DNA of 64,000 bases, taken from assembly GCA_051294375.1 (NCBI GenBank), contig CM119263.1, forward strand, positions 31,665,476 through 31,729,475, given 5' to 3'. The number at the start of each line of letters is the position of its first letter. Position 1 is the first letter of the stretch. Below are positions 24,545 to 38,400 of this stretch, in pieces. A program made the translations under genes and the position numbers. Source of the DNA: Paraspadella gotoi (lineage: Eukaryota > Animalia > Chaetognatha). The notes beneath the pieces were generated by a model. It saw only the letters and a list, made by a program, of their open reading frames with translations. It made no database searches and had not been told where the DNA came from.

Positions 24545-25770
24545 TGGATTCCTCCCACACAGAATTCCTCCCCACGGGATTCCTCCCATGGGAGATTCCT
24601 TTCACGGGATCCCTTCCCAAGGGATTCCTCCCCATGGAATTACTCCCACACGGGATTCCTCCCAAAAGAATTCCTCCAACATGGAATTCCTCCCAAAAAA
24701 ATTCCTCCCACATAGGATTCCTCCCACACGGGATTCCTCCCCACAGGATTCCTCCCCATGGAATTCCTCCCACGCGGATTCCTCCCTCACGGGATTTGAC
24801 CCACGTGGGATTCCTCCCACACGGGATTCCTCCCACACGGGATTCCTCCCACACTGGATTCCTCCTACAGGATTCCTCCTACAGGATTCCTCCCACACGG
24901 GAATCTTCCATGCAAGATTCCTACCACATGGGATTCCTCCCACATTGGATTCCTCCCACCCGGGATTTCTCCTACAGGATTCCTCCCATACGGTATTTCT
25001 CCCACACGGGATTCCTCCCACACGGGATTCCTCCCATGAGGTGGAAATGCTCCCCATGATGGGGGATGTCTCCTCCAGCCCGATACAGCCAGATCAAGAC
25101 GCAGTTATTGCCCCACTGGGGGGGGAAAAAAAAATTTCCCTCCTTCACGCACCACGGGATTCCTTCCAATAGGGAGATTCTCCCACAGGATTTCTCTCAT
25201 GGGATTCCTCCCAAACAGGATTCCTCCCAAAGGGATTCTTTACTCGGGTTTCCCACAGGATTCCTCCGACACGGGATTCCTCCACAAGCAGATTCTCCCA
25301 CGGGATTCTCCCATGTGGGATTCGTCCATGTGGGATTCCTTCCATGTGGGATTCCTCCTTCATGAGATCCTTCCCAAGGGATTCTCCCCTTGAAAAATCC
25401 ACATGGATTCCTCCCACAAGGGATTCTCCCCACAGATTCCTCCCATAAGAATTCTTCCCACATGGAATTACTCCCGGGATTTGTCCCACATGGGATTCCT
25501 CCCACATGGGATTCTTCCCACAGGATTTCTCTCATATGGGATTCTCCCACATGGGATACCTCCCACATGGGATTCCTCCCAAGCGGGATTCTTACAGGAT
25601 TCTTCACAGGATACTCCACACGTGGGGAGAATCCCGTGTTGGAGGAATCCGTGTCAGATGACTCCCGTGGGAGTAATCCATTTGGGAGGAATCTCGTGGG
25701 AGGAATCCTTGTTGGAGGATCCCATGTGGGAGGAATCCCACATGGGAGGAATCCCGGGTGGGATGAATCC
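24545..25770. repeat. ~16-bp minisatellite (GGGATTCCTCCCACAC)n; orientation flips at ~25620
   Basis: Direct inspection; from ~25625 the units read GTGGGAGGAATCCC; explains the many ORFs at 24462-25848. Confidence 0.95.
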
Positions 25771-25789
25771 GTGTGTCAGATCAATGACC

Positions 25790-26110
25790 CGTTTCTTGGT
25801 TGTGAAGGGTGCCACTTGAGGTTCTTCTTCAGCATCTGGACCAAATGAGCATTGGGGTGAGAGGAAAAAAATTTATCCACCCTCTGTTTGTTTTCTTCCG
25901 TCTTCACAGTGTGAGAACGAACCCGGGGGTGAAGGTTGACGCTCCCACTTTTGTTAAACCGTTTGTAAAGGTCACGGAATCTTTTGCGACTCGAAAGTGC
26001 GCCATGAAACGTCGACGTGATGAAGTTGGCTTCCCAGCCCAGTTAAAAATCATCCATTTTGCTTCCTCTGGCGTGAAGGACGAATTTGATCGCCCTAATT
26101 GGCAGCTCAT
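25790..26110 (-). pseudogene. Tc1/mariner-superfamily transposase N-terminal (DUF4817-like HTH) remnant
   Basis: Fragments FTPEEAKWMIF..SSRRRFMAHF, TEENKQRVDKFF and LKKNLKWHP in shifting frames resemble the N-terminal DNA-binding region of these transposases; stops and frameshifts present. Confidence 0.55.
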
Positions 26111-26414
26111 TATGGCATGGAAAAAATGCAAGTAACCAATAAAATATATGGTTTAGGTCTTGCCTGTACAATGAAAATCTCAGGATGAAAAAATTTCTAT
26201 GCGTTTTCGAATGACAGCTCTTTTCTAGCGGTGCTTATAAAATTGTCACCATGTAACTTTATTTTTTGTTGATAAACAAACAAAATATTTGATTTGAAAA
26301 GGTTAAAAGTGAAAGAGGGAAAAATAAATAAAGAGAGAGGAAGAGAGAGAGAGAGAATACGAGCAAGAACGATAATGAAAAATCTTAAAAGCATAAGGAA
26401 TCGAGCCTACTTTT

Positions 26415-26655
26415 GATGATAACCAAATATTGATGCGATGATAACCAAATATTGATGCGATGATAACCGAAGGATTGATGCGATGATAACCAAATGATGG
26501 ATGCGATGATAGTCATTCATTGATGCGATGATAATCATTCATTGATGCGATGATAGTCCTTCATTGATCGGATGATAATCATTCATTGATGCGATGATAG
26601 TCATTCATTGATGCGATGAAGTCATTCATTGATGCGATGCTAGTCATTCATTGAC
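26415..26655. repeat. 22-bp tandem repeat (GATGCGATGATARTCATTCATT / GATGCGATGATAACCAAATATT)
   Basis: Direct inspection, ~11 units. Confidence 0.9.
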
Positions 26656-27595
26656 GTAATGAGTTAATTAGAGAGAGAGAAAAAGAGAGAGAGAGAGAAG
26701 AGAGAGCGAGAGAGAGCGACATAGTGTTGATTGAGAGAGAAATATAGAGAGAATAATAAAATAATAATAAAGTTTTTAGAAGGAAAAAAATAAAAATCCA
26801 CGAAAATCTCGGAAATAAATTTGGGATTTTGTATTAAGAAAAAAGTGGCGTGATAAAAATAAAATTGTTTTATTAGAGTGTGATTAAGCATTAATTAACT
26901 TTCTATTTTTTTTTTCAATTGAAATAAGACTGAAGTCTTTTGTTCATCTAGTTCAAAATGAGGTTGAAAACCTTATTTTTTTGCATATTATTGAAAATTA
27001 ATGAGATTGATATTGATTGTATGAAATGAAAACTCGTCGCTATAAGGCTAAACTATTTTCAATAATAACGGTCAAAAAATTATAATATCTATTAACAAAA
27101 TATATAGTTGAAAATACTCAGTTAACGACTATGATATTTTTGACTTCCAAATATTTTTTTTACTTATCAAAAAAAATTTTATTTCCTCATTTTAAAAAAT
27201 TTTAATCTTGAATGAAATTTTAGATTGTTCTTTATTAAGGAAGATATTGCCTACCTCTCACATTAGCAGAACTCATGTGACATTGCATGGCATTATAAGT
27301 TATTATTCACTTTTTCTCAATGTATCCGCGAAAATCTTGGATGTAAATTTGGGATTTTGTATCGAGAATAAATGGCGATAATAAAAGTTTTTAGAAGTAA
27401 AAGAATAATCATAATTTTTTTAAAAAACGAACGATCAAGCAAAGAGAGAAAGAGACAGAAAGAGAGAGAGAGAGAGAAAAGCTGAACAGACGCTGCAGAG
27501 GCGGAACTCGTTTACTCATTTACTCGTCACCAAGTGACGGTGGTGAAAAAAAAAGTGACTAAAAAAAAAATAGGAGAGAGAGAGAGAGAGAAAGG

Positions 27596-27627
<32 letters not shown>

Positions 27628-28594
27628 TAGAGAGAGAGAGAGAGAAAGAGAGAGAAAAAGAGAGAGAGAGAGAGAGAGAGAGAAGAAGCTGAACAGACGC
27701 TGCAGAGGCGGAACTCGTTATAAGTTATTCTTCACTTTTTCTAAATTGTATCCAGGAAAATCTCGATGTAAATTTAGGATTTTGTATTGAAAAAAAAAGC
27801 GCGGAATAAATGGCGATAATAAAAGTTTTAAGAAGGAAAAAAATAATCAGAATTTTTCAAAAAACGAACGATCAGGCATGAGATCGTACAGAGAAAAAGA
27901 GAGAAAGAGAGACAAAGCTGGACAGCTGCTGGAAGGCCGCTGTACAGTCACTGCAGAGCCTGAACTCGTCTTTTCTAAAAAAGAAAAAATATATAATTTA
28001 AAGAAATAAAAGAAAGGCGAAAATATGTTACAATTGTTTACAATTGGAAATTTTTCCAATTTTTTCCAATCGCAGCTTGTAAAAGATTTTATTTTTATCT
28101 GTATTAAAATTAAGATATAGCTTCTCATTAAAAAAATCCTTTGAGTTCCCATTTTTATTAAAAATTTAAAAAAAAAATTTTTGAATTTCATCTTCAATAT
28201 TATATACTGCAATATGTAAATTAGATTAAAGCATTTCTATATACTAATTTGGATATTATAATGAGTACTTTAATCTCATTTGCATATTGCAGTAAATCAT
28301 AATGAAGTGGAAATTCAAACAAAAAATACTTAATCCAAATGTAAATATGAAAATATCACAGCTATTTCAAGATGAAAAGCCATATCTAAATTTTTAACTT
28401 ACTATGATTGCACACTTTTGTAAAACTTTATCATAATTCATAATAATTTTATTTAAAAAAAAACGGTAAGTCACAGCCAAACCTATAAAAGCGTAGTAGT
28501 TTTTATATAACAAAACAGCGTGACGGACGACGACGACGACGACAATGACGACGACGACGACTACGTCACAAAGAAGCAACCCTAAAACATTATA

Positions 28595-28626
28595 GAGCCT
28601 GACCCGGCTTCGCCGGTCAAGGCTCG
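28595..28626. other. GC-rich stem-loop, probable terminus of a Helentron/HINE-like element
   Basis: GAGCCTGACCCGGC-TTC-GCCGGTCAAGGCTC preceded by a (GAC)n tract. Confidence 0.4.
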
Positions 28627-29281
28627 ATAAAAATACAAACTGTCAACTAAATTTGGATTCTTTAACTCGATATATTTTCTTTACTACTTTTTATTAAAAA
28701 AAAGAAAGAGAAAAACTAGACATTTAAAAAAGGCTTTTTTAATTTTACACAATAATAATTAGGACCAACAGTCAATAAAAAGTATATACAATTTTCCTCT
28801 AATTAAAAATTTCTCAAAGAACATTTTCGAGACGCAACGAAATATTATTTGTTTGTTTCACCTTTAAACGGTTTTTTATTCCAACTTTGAACCGTGGAGC
28901 AACTCAATAAGTCTCTTTTTGGTCAGTCGGTAAATCTATTCGATTGTCTATCCCACTTATATTAATAAGGCTTCTACATTGGATAGTACTTTATCAATAT
29001 AATTAATACTTGGTAGGGAGTTAAGATAATATAAGACCTTTAACGTGCATATACATCATACTTGTGCAGTCACGTGACCATACAGAATTATTAAAAAGTA
29101 AAAGAGACATATGGTTGTTCTAGTTTAAACTTTGCAAATATGTTTGAATATTTGTAATATATATATTTTATAGTAATTCTTTAATCACTAAAAATCACAT
29201 GCAAAAAGAAAGTGACTGCGGCGCAACACATTGAAATTACCGTTCTACTTTGTTCGCAGCTTTGTTTTCATTTCAAAACAT

Positions 29282-30810
29282 TCAAAAATAACCTTTGGGA
29301 ATTTTTCTTTTAATGGAATCGGCCGTTGAGTTGTTGTTGTTGTCGTCGTCGTCGTTGTTGTCGTAGCAAAGAAATTCTGGGGGAAAATCTAAGATTTCAA
29401 ACGATTTTGTTGAAGGACGTTCGCTCTGTCTCTCTCCCTCTTGGCTCTCTCTTTCTCCCTCTTGACTCTCTCTTTCTCCCTCTCGACTCTCTCTCTCTCC
29501 CTCTCGACTCTCTCTCTCTCCCTCTCCGCTCTCTCTCCTTCCCACACTCTCTCTCATTTTCCCTCCACTCCTTCTCTCTCTCGCTCTCTCTCTCTCTCTT
29601 CCTCTCCCTCCGCCGGTCGTTCCTTCAATATCCCTCGATCTGTCGACGAGACGCAAGACCTGTAGTCGAGCATTGCAATAAGATCAGCCCGCCCAAAAGT
29701 ATGACACCTTCAGTCGTGACCCAGTGGCTCATTAAGTAATACCATCTGCTCATAACCATTAGGTACCAATGGTACCTACCCTGTGGGAAGCGTGAACCCT
29801 TAAGTCTGGGTCCAAGCCCAGGACCCATTTCATGGATACGAGAGGGGGCACAGAAGATATGGATAGTACACTTCAGCCCACTTAGTGGCAATCGAACGGG
29901 TCCTGGGCTTGGAATCAGCCTTCAGGGTTTTCCAGACCCCCAAAGGCACTCACACTTCCCACAGGGTAAGTACCTTGATGATTGGGGATCTCAGTGAGCC
30001 ACCGGGTCATGAGAGAAGGTGTTAAGCAGGGTAAACTTATAGCACTGTTTAGCTACATACCCTTTGCGACGCCCGCGTGACGGTGTGGACGCCCCCGTCT
30101 TTTCTCTCTTGTTGCCAAACGTCTTGAACGCCACCTGTCGGCGTCGATTGAAGATAAGACGACGCGTTCATTTGTTTAATTTGGTTTCTGTCGATGAGGA
30201 GAGGGTCGTCCGTCGTCTGGAGAGGAATTGGATTAGGGGTGGATTAAGGGTGGATTAGGATGGAATAGAAAAAATTGAAATGAGTAGGGATAATAAGATT
30301 GATTGAGATGGAATAGGATAGAATTGGAGGGATTTAGGATGGATTAGGATGAATTAGGATAGAATAGGATGGATTAAGATGGGTTAGGGTAAATGAGGAT
30401 AAATTAGGATGAATTAAGATAGATTAGGTTGAATTGATTTCAATGTAATCTTGTCAATTAATTAAAGAATGAAAAGAATAGTAACTCCATGTGAAAGACA
30501 TGAATAAAAAAAATTCATTTTATTTCAAATTTAAAAAAAAAATTCAATTGAAAATCGATTCGATGAATTAATTATTTTTTTCTATTTCAATTTTCCAGCG
30601 AGAAATGAATAAAACTAATTGAATCGATAAGAAATTCTCTTCAACTTCTTTTCTCCGCAGTTCCTCCCTGTACCAAATAACTATCCTCCCCCTTCCTTTT
30701 TCACCTTAACCACTCTCCTTCTTCTATCCTCCCATATCTTCCTTCTATCCTCCACGGCTTCGTTGTATCCTCTGACGTTGGCACCAAATGATGGATGCAA
30801 CGTGGCCTCA

Positions 30811-30843
<33 letters not shown>

Positions 30844-33800
30844 TTGGCAGAGTTGTCGTATGCGTTGTTGTTCCTTTAGGGTAATAAAAATTAAATCCTT
30901 ATTAAATATCCCAGATTGAAGTCATTTATTAAAAAAAAAAAATTATTTGGTTTTTAACGGCAATTTAGTTAATTAATAACCGTCTGATTAATAAACACAA
31001 TCACTGTTGAAACCAAATGAAATTGTTTTTGATAAATAGCGGCAAACGAAGCAGTATATATAAATTCAAGTTTAATTAAAAATTATAAAACTCAGGAAAG
31101 AAAAAATATTGTACTAATGAAAAAAAGTATCATAAATTTTGCGAGTTAAGTTGGTCTAAAATTAAAAAATATAAAATTAAATTTATCATCAAATAGAGTT
31201 TTTCAAATTTTTCACCTACTTTACGAAAAAAATTTTCAAAATGATTTAAATTTTTTTTAGTCAACTTTCATTACGCTGTTTGGAGTTGAAACCATGCAAT
31301 CATACAACCATGCAATCATGTAATCATGCAGTTATACAGTCACGCGATTATGCAGTTATACAGTCAAGCAATTATATAATTATGAAACCTAATGTTTCGT
31401 CGAATCTGCGAATGACCGAAAGTAGAAACAGCGCGAGCAGATTTTGATGCATTGAAGCCTTGAAGGACGGGAAGAGTCGGGGCATTGGCTTGTTTCACTG
31501 TGCGAAGGGGTCGATCACAAGCTGCACAGTGGAATCTGTGAAAGAGAAAGGTGTCACACAAAGTATGGTGATATTTGGGGTCTCTTTAACGAGAGTGCTT
31601 CATTTCGTTTATACCAGAATTTAATTTTAACCTTAATATTTAACTTAAATATGTTTTTAAATTAATTACAACCCTAATCCTTAACCATAACTTTTAACTT
31701 TTTCTTTTATTAAAAAAAATAACCAAATTCCGAATTTAAAATGAAACGGGGCGTTCTGGGAAAATAAGGCCAAAAACGGAAGCTAATAACTTGAGCAATT
31801 TAAGGAAAGCTCCCTCCTCTTCTCCATTAGTCACGCCCAATATTTCAAAGAGCATGCTCTGGATCTTTTCCAAGCGGCTTGTCCACGTTTGCCGGAATTC
31901 TTCGAAGGCGCGAATCGGGAGGCGTTGGTTGACGGCATCAAAGGTTTCCTACCAGCAGATGGAAGAAGTGGTTACGGGCGTTAAGTGTGAGTAAGAGTGA
32001 GATATAAATGTGAAGTGTGAGATGAGATGTGGTTGATAGATTAATAATTAATGTCTTTTTGGCGCTAATCTTGATATAAAGAGTGGTAAGTTAAATGTGA
32101 ATAATAACCTGAATGTGAGGCTGAATGCAAGCATTAACCTGAATGCAAAAATCAAGCGGAATGCAAATACTAACCTGAATGCAAATGATAACCTGAATGT
32201 GACGTTGCAGCAAATCTTCATCAGCCATCAATTTATCCAACAGTTCAGACAGATTCTCTCCCATCGCCCGAAGGTTTTCCTTTAAGAAAAAGGGTCATTC
32301 AATTCAACTTCAAAATAGGGCCAAATGGAGTACAAATTCAGAAAGCTGAGCTCCTGGCGATTCCGAAAATGTATTTACTTTAAAAATTTGATGCATTCTA
32401 CCCCATTTTATATCGGTTTTAATTATAATATAAAATAAAAGAAACCTATCTGAAGAGTTGCAGGTCAAACGAAAAGGCCAATCCATCTGATATTTTTTAT
32501 GAATTTTTTATTACTGAATTAGAAAAATGTAATAGAGAGACATTTTTAAATTTCAACTTGTATCCTTGAAAATGAAACGTTTTTAAACTTTAACCCTGAA
32601 TTCTTTCTAACTGGAAAGCGTTTATCAAAATGTCTCTCTATTACATTTTTACAAATGTTTTTAAGATTGCTAATCAAATTTTTAATTCAATATTATTGCA
32701 GTCGTTTAGGCTGCAACTCTTCAAATTCAGTGTAGATTCATTGTAGCTCGAATTTCTTTACCATCTATTTAACTGAAGATTTTGTTCATGACTGGAAAAC
32801 CAACAGAGTAACGAGATTAATTGTTTAATTCTCCCCTTCTAAACTAACCCATACCGTGTTTTAACTTCATACCTAGAATTTTTTAACAAACAGATTGAAA
32901 AACAAATCTTTAAAAAATGTGCTTACCCATTTAACTTAACAATTTTGTTATTTACTCATTTTAAAAAAATGATTAAAAACAGAATGTTTAAATATAAATA
33001 AAAACTTATTTTTTTGTAATTACTGATGATTATAATGTATTTCTCGATATAATAGCTCTAATACATCAATGATTACGTATTGTTATGCTGAATGACCTTT
33101 CCTCTTAATTTTATTAATTATTTAAATTTGATTTCCATGATATAATCCTTTCTTTCGTTGTTTATAAAGATTTACAAAGAATTTAATAAAACTTATTAAA
33201 TTCTTTGTAAATTAAATTTGTTTAAAATTTTATGTTATAAACTTTTTTTTCTTCTGAAAAATAAAAATCTTTGTCGAATTCAATTTTCAAACTTTTCATT
33301 AATGATTATTTTTTTCTCCTTTTTTTACAAATTCTTTTTTCCCTTTAATCTTTTTAACGATTAATTAATCTTTATCTTTTTCTCTACCACATCTTAATTA
33401 TTTATTATATTTTATCTATCTATTCTATATATTTTATCTTTTCTATTTATTTCTATATTTCCTCGCTCTTTCTCTCACCTGAAATTCCTCTCTCCTTACA
33501 AGAGAAGGCAAAAGAGCTAAATTCATTTTGTTGTTGAGTTCAGCGATTGTCCAGTACCGATCAGCTTTTACCTGTAAAAAAGGTCAGAAAATTAATATTT
33601 ATAAAATTAAAAAGAGGTCAGAAAAATTAATATTGGGTATAGATTGAACTTCTGGGAAAATAAAACCCAAATCCCCTTTCGAGTTTTGTGACCTGCTCCA
33701 AATGAGAAACTTGATCTTTTAATATCATAATTTCTCGCGATAAATCGTTCACGAGTTTCGTCAAATCCTTTGTCAGATTTTGTTGCCGTAAAATTTCGGA

Positions 33801-35382
33801 TTTCAACGTATTGTGATTTTGCGTCAATTCCTCTGTGAAAGAAAAAAAGTATCTTTTTTTGCAATCGAGATTTCCTAGGAGTCTACGTCGTTCTTAGAAA
33901 TCGAGGAAGACTTTTTCAATGGAGATTTTCGTTCAAATCTGACTACCAAATAATGTCAACGCCCCTGGGAAAAATTCGGGTAAAAAATAGATGTAAAAAC
34001 ACTTGATTCCGATCCTGTTGCATCTGAAGGGCTCGCATTTTTTTTCTCTTGACAAATAACCATCATTTTGACATTGAACCATTCGATTCAAATGGACTGG
34101 TCCGCTCGGGAAAATATTTTTGACGCAATTTTTATATATAAAATAAAGGGATTTCTCACCTTCAATACAATGTCAACGCATTTAAGGTATGTTGTCATTT
34201 TACAATAAACTTCGAATTCAGGAATCCGATAGCAATATGTCTGAAGGGCTCTCAAAATTTTTCTTTACATTTCATTTGGTTATTTTAATATGATACAATC
34301 ATGTTAAAGTGAATTAGTCCATTTTGCTGAAATTTTTATTTAAAGTAAAAGTAAAAGAGGAGCTAACGATCGGAATTCTAAGAGTTTTCAACCGGGAGTC
34401 AGATTTGGAAAAAATCTTATATGGCGAAAATCTTCCAAAGAAGGGGTGGATTTTCCGAAGATTTTGGTTAATATTTTCTATATTTATGGTCGGATTTTTT
34501 TGAAACTTAAAAATAGCAATATTGCCATCATTCTACATTGGCCGGTCAAAGAATATATTAAAAAAACCTCTGACTTTTTTCGTCAGAGCTTAGTCCTAGA
34601 TTTCCTGTGTCAACCCTAAAAAAATTGTGGTGCTAAACACGGTTCCCTAGACACCCCGAAAAAGAAAATAGAAATAACCCATTTTTGAAACACAAAAAAA
34701 AAGAAAAATATAATGTTTTTACTACATCGTAGTGAAGTCGAAAAATTCTGATCCAAGCAAGTTTTTTTTTAATTGAATTTTAAGGTGTTGTTATAATTTT
34801 TCATATAAAAAAATGAGAAACTAATCAACGACTTAGTCATTCTTTATCAAATTTTACTTTTTTATATCAATCAATTTTTTTATATCTACTGAAAGTGAGC
34901 TTTAATTTGAACTCACTCTCATAAGCCTACGATTATTCGTTCTCAAGTTATTATTAAAAATAACTCAATTTATTACAAAAATAGTAACCATATTGTAATT
35001 ACTACATGAAAGACTTAATCCATTCTTATTTAATAAAAAACTATAAAAATGTAACATACAATTGCTTAGCTTCAAAATTAACCTAATTTAAAATTTTTCT
35101 TCAACAAATAACTACTATGAAATGCTATGTATATAACATATATATATATATATATAACATCAAGCAAGAGCATAATTAGTAATATTATATTGTTAAGTGT
35201 CATCTCATGCACCGAGTAGTTTGATATAGAAAAACATTGATTTGGGAAACAGTGCTAATTTTATTTAGACCATGCATTCAAACCATTTCGCTGGTTCATT
35301 ATTCAAGGCCAGAGAAATTGTGGTGAGGTAAAAAAAAAATTATTTACAAATAAGAGAAGGTGAGATGAAGAGGAGGAGACTC

Positions 35383-35421
<39 letters not shown>

Positions 35422-38400
35422 AACTTTCAACCAAAAAGGGACAAAAAAAAGACAATGGCCATGACAGAAAGACTTTACGAAAAATTACTGATGAATACCA
35501 TCCATCAGATAAAAGCCGAAAACAAAGACAACAACTACAGCAACAACAAGACGTACTACAACGATCACAACAACAACCAACTGTAGCAAACCTTTTTGCT
35601 GAACTGCCTTTCCATAATGACACAAAATACGAACTCCGCCCTTATGCTACACTTCCATACCTTCCAGGTATCACCGAACAACTGCAAAGAGCCTTTAAAA
35701 AGGCAGGAGCATCACTCTTTAGCTGGAGCGGACAGACGCTGGCAAACATCCTCTGCGCCCCAAACAAAACAAAGCCGTTGCCAAAAAAGGGATGAGGAAT
35801 CTATAGCTTTCGTTGGTCTTGCTCTCCTAAGGCTTGATACATTGGAGAAACCTGTCGTAGTTTTGAAACTTGAACGGCAGAACACAAAAGAGCAGCCGAG
35901 TTGGGTAATTGGCGTCATTCCGGCTCGAGAGCATTGCGATGCCCCTTTCATCTGGGAACCTGAAATCATCTCTCGGCCACGAATCAAAAACCAACGAATG
36001 CTCAAGCACCATCTAAGAGTGGAAGAAGCTCTTTGGATTCGTCATTTTGATTGTGGACCAGGCAAAGGGCTCAACGAAGACAAAGGAGCATATGTAAAAA
36101 TGGATGCATGGAAGGCAATACTGGTCCACCTACATCCCGGACGAAGAACAAGGGGGGGAAGGGGATGAGGGATTAGTCCCTTTTTGGTTGAAAGTTTCTC
36201 TCTCTCTCTCTCTTTCTCTCTCTCTGAGTCTCCCCCTCTTCCTCTCACCTTCTCTTATTTGTAAATAATTTTTTTTTTTACCTCACCACAATTTCTCTGG
36301 CCTTGAATAATGAACCAGCTAAATGGTTTGAATGCATGGTCTAAATAAAATTAGCACTGTTTCCCAAAGCGATGTTTTTCTAAAGTAATATTATATATCC
36401 AAAAGAATCCTTATTTTATGAGCTTTCTTTTGAGTCTAATCTCAGTTCTCTGTGATAATTAGTTTTTGAGATATTGACAAAAACAATTCCACAAAATGCT
36501 TAAAAAGTAAAAAAATATTCAAAAATATTAATATTTAATCTATTATTGGCATATTTTTCTATCAATTAAAACCTTTTATGACAAAATCGACCAAAAATTG
36601 ACTCAAATATTAATATTTTTGAATATTTTTTTTTCCTTTTTAAGCATCTTGTAGAATTGTTTTTGTCAATATCTCAAAAACGAATTATCACAGAGAACTG
36701 AGATTAGACTCAAAAGAAAGCTCATAAAATAAGGATTCTTTTGGATATATAATATTACTAATTATGCTCTTGCTTAATGTTAAATTATTTAAAAATATAT
36801 ATATAAAATTTAACAATTTTATACATAGCATTTCATAGTTGTTGAAGAAAAATTTAAAATTAGGTTAACTTTGAAGCTAAGCAATTGTATGTTACATTTC
36901 TATAGTTTTTTATTAAATAAGAATTGATTAAGTCTTTCATGCAGTAATTACAATATGGTTTTCAATAATAACTTGTGAACGAATAATCGTAGGCTTATGA
37001 GAGTGAGTTCAAATTAAAGCTCTCTTTTAATAGATAATGATTGATATAAAGAAAGTAAAATTTGACAAAGAATGACTAAGTCGTTGATTAGTTTCTCATT
37101 ATTTTGTATGAAAAATTATAACAAAACTTTAAAATTCAATTAAAAAAAACTTGCTTGGATCAGAATTTTTCGACTTCACTACGATGTAGTAAAAACATTA
37201 TATTTTTCATTTTTTTGTGTTTCAAAAATGGGTTATTTCTATTTTCTTTTTCGGGGTGTCTAGGGAACCGTGTAAAATAATAAAATAAGACTTCTCTGAA
37301 AACCCTTTTCAATGAGATATGAGAAATGCTGCAACTACTATAATATGTAAGAAAAACGTGAATGAAATATGTAAATAAGATTAAGGAACTCATTTTTCAC
37401 ATTCTTTCTCACCTAAATCCGTTTTAATTCCCGCGATGTTATCATTTACTTCCTCTTGATTTGTCATCATCAAATTCTTCAGGTCGTTTATTGCTTCTTT
37501 AATTCTTTCCAATCCGCCTTCTGCTCTTTCTTGATCCAAAAGGCGCTTGAGAAATTCTAACCCGTCGCCTGACAATAACTGTTGCAAAGTTATTCATTTA
37601 AACAATCATATCATTTTACATATACATTATACAATATGAATTGAATAATGTGAAAATATATTGTCACTTCATTGATAGGGAGAGAAAGTCTTAATTGAAA
37701 ACTTGCGAAGTTATTATCTTGTCTAAGTGATGAAGTCCTTAAACCACTATAGTCTGTCCAAAGTCAGGGGCAACATAGCTTATTTATTAAATGAATGGAT
37801 AATTTTAAAGTGGTTGAACCAATTTCATAAAATTCAGCTCCTTGTATTTTGATGCTTGTGCGAAGAATAATATAGTATTCCCCGATCTAATACTTAAGGG
37901 AGTAGTCCTTTTATACAAATGAATCATTCTTTGATATATTTGAAAAACCACTTCATTAATAGTGAAGCCAAGCACTCTGGAAATTAATCAACGAGACTGT
38001 GAGAGAGTGTTAATAGAAAAAAAAATTACATTTTTTTTATTAATTTCATACTTCATACTTCATAATTTCTAAAAAAATGAAAATTGACAATATAATTTCG
38101 GATATTGCTTTCTTACATCAACTTGCTTTTCTATTACATGCACCTCATATTGGTCCCTTGAACCCTTGACCCAAGCCCGTGTCCTTCTTACCTTAACAAG
38201 TCCGGCCACGACGTCGCCCTGAACCATCGCATTTCGAAACTTCATCAACAATTTGATCTGCGCATTTTGGACGTTGATTCTCTCTTCTAATCCACCGGCG
38301 AGTAGCGCCATCTGTCCGAGTCCAGCCAGAGTCTTTTGGGCTTCGGTTGTTCCTTTTATTTTTTAAAAGTTGAAAGTCTGTGTAGGATATTCCATTCATC

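Noticed and set aside
24462-25848. Long GIPPTRDSSH-type ORFs on both strands
   Set aside because: Translations of the 16-bp minisatellite
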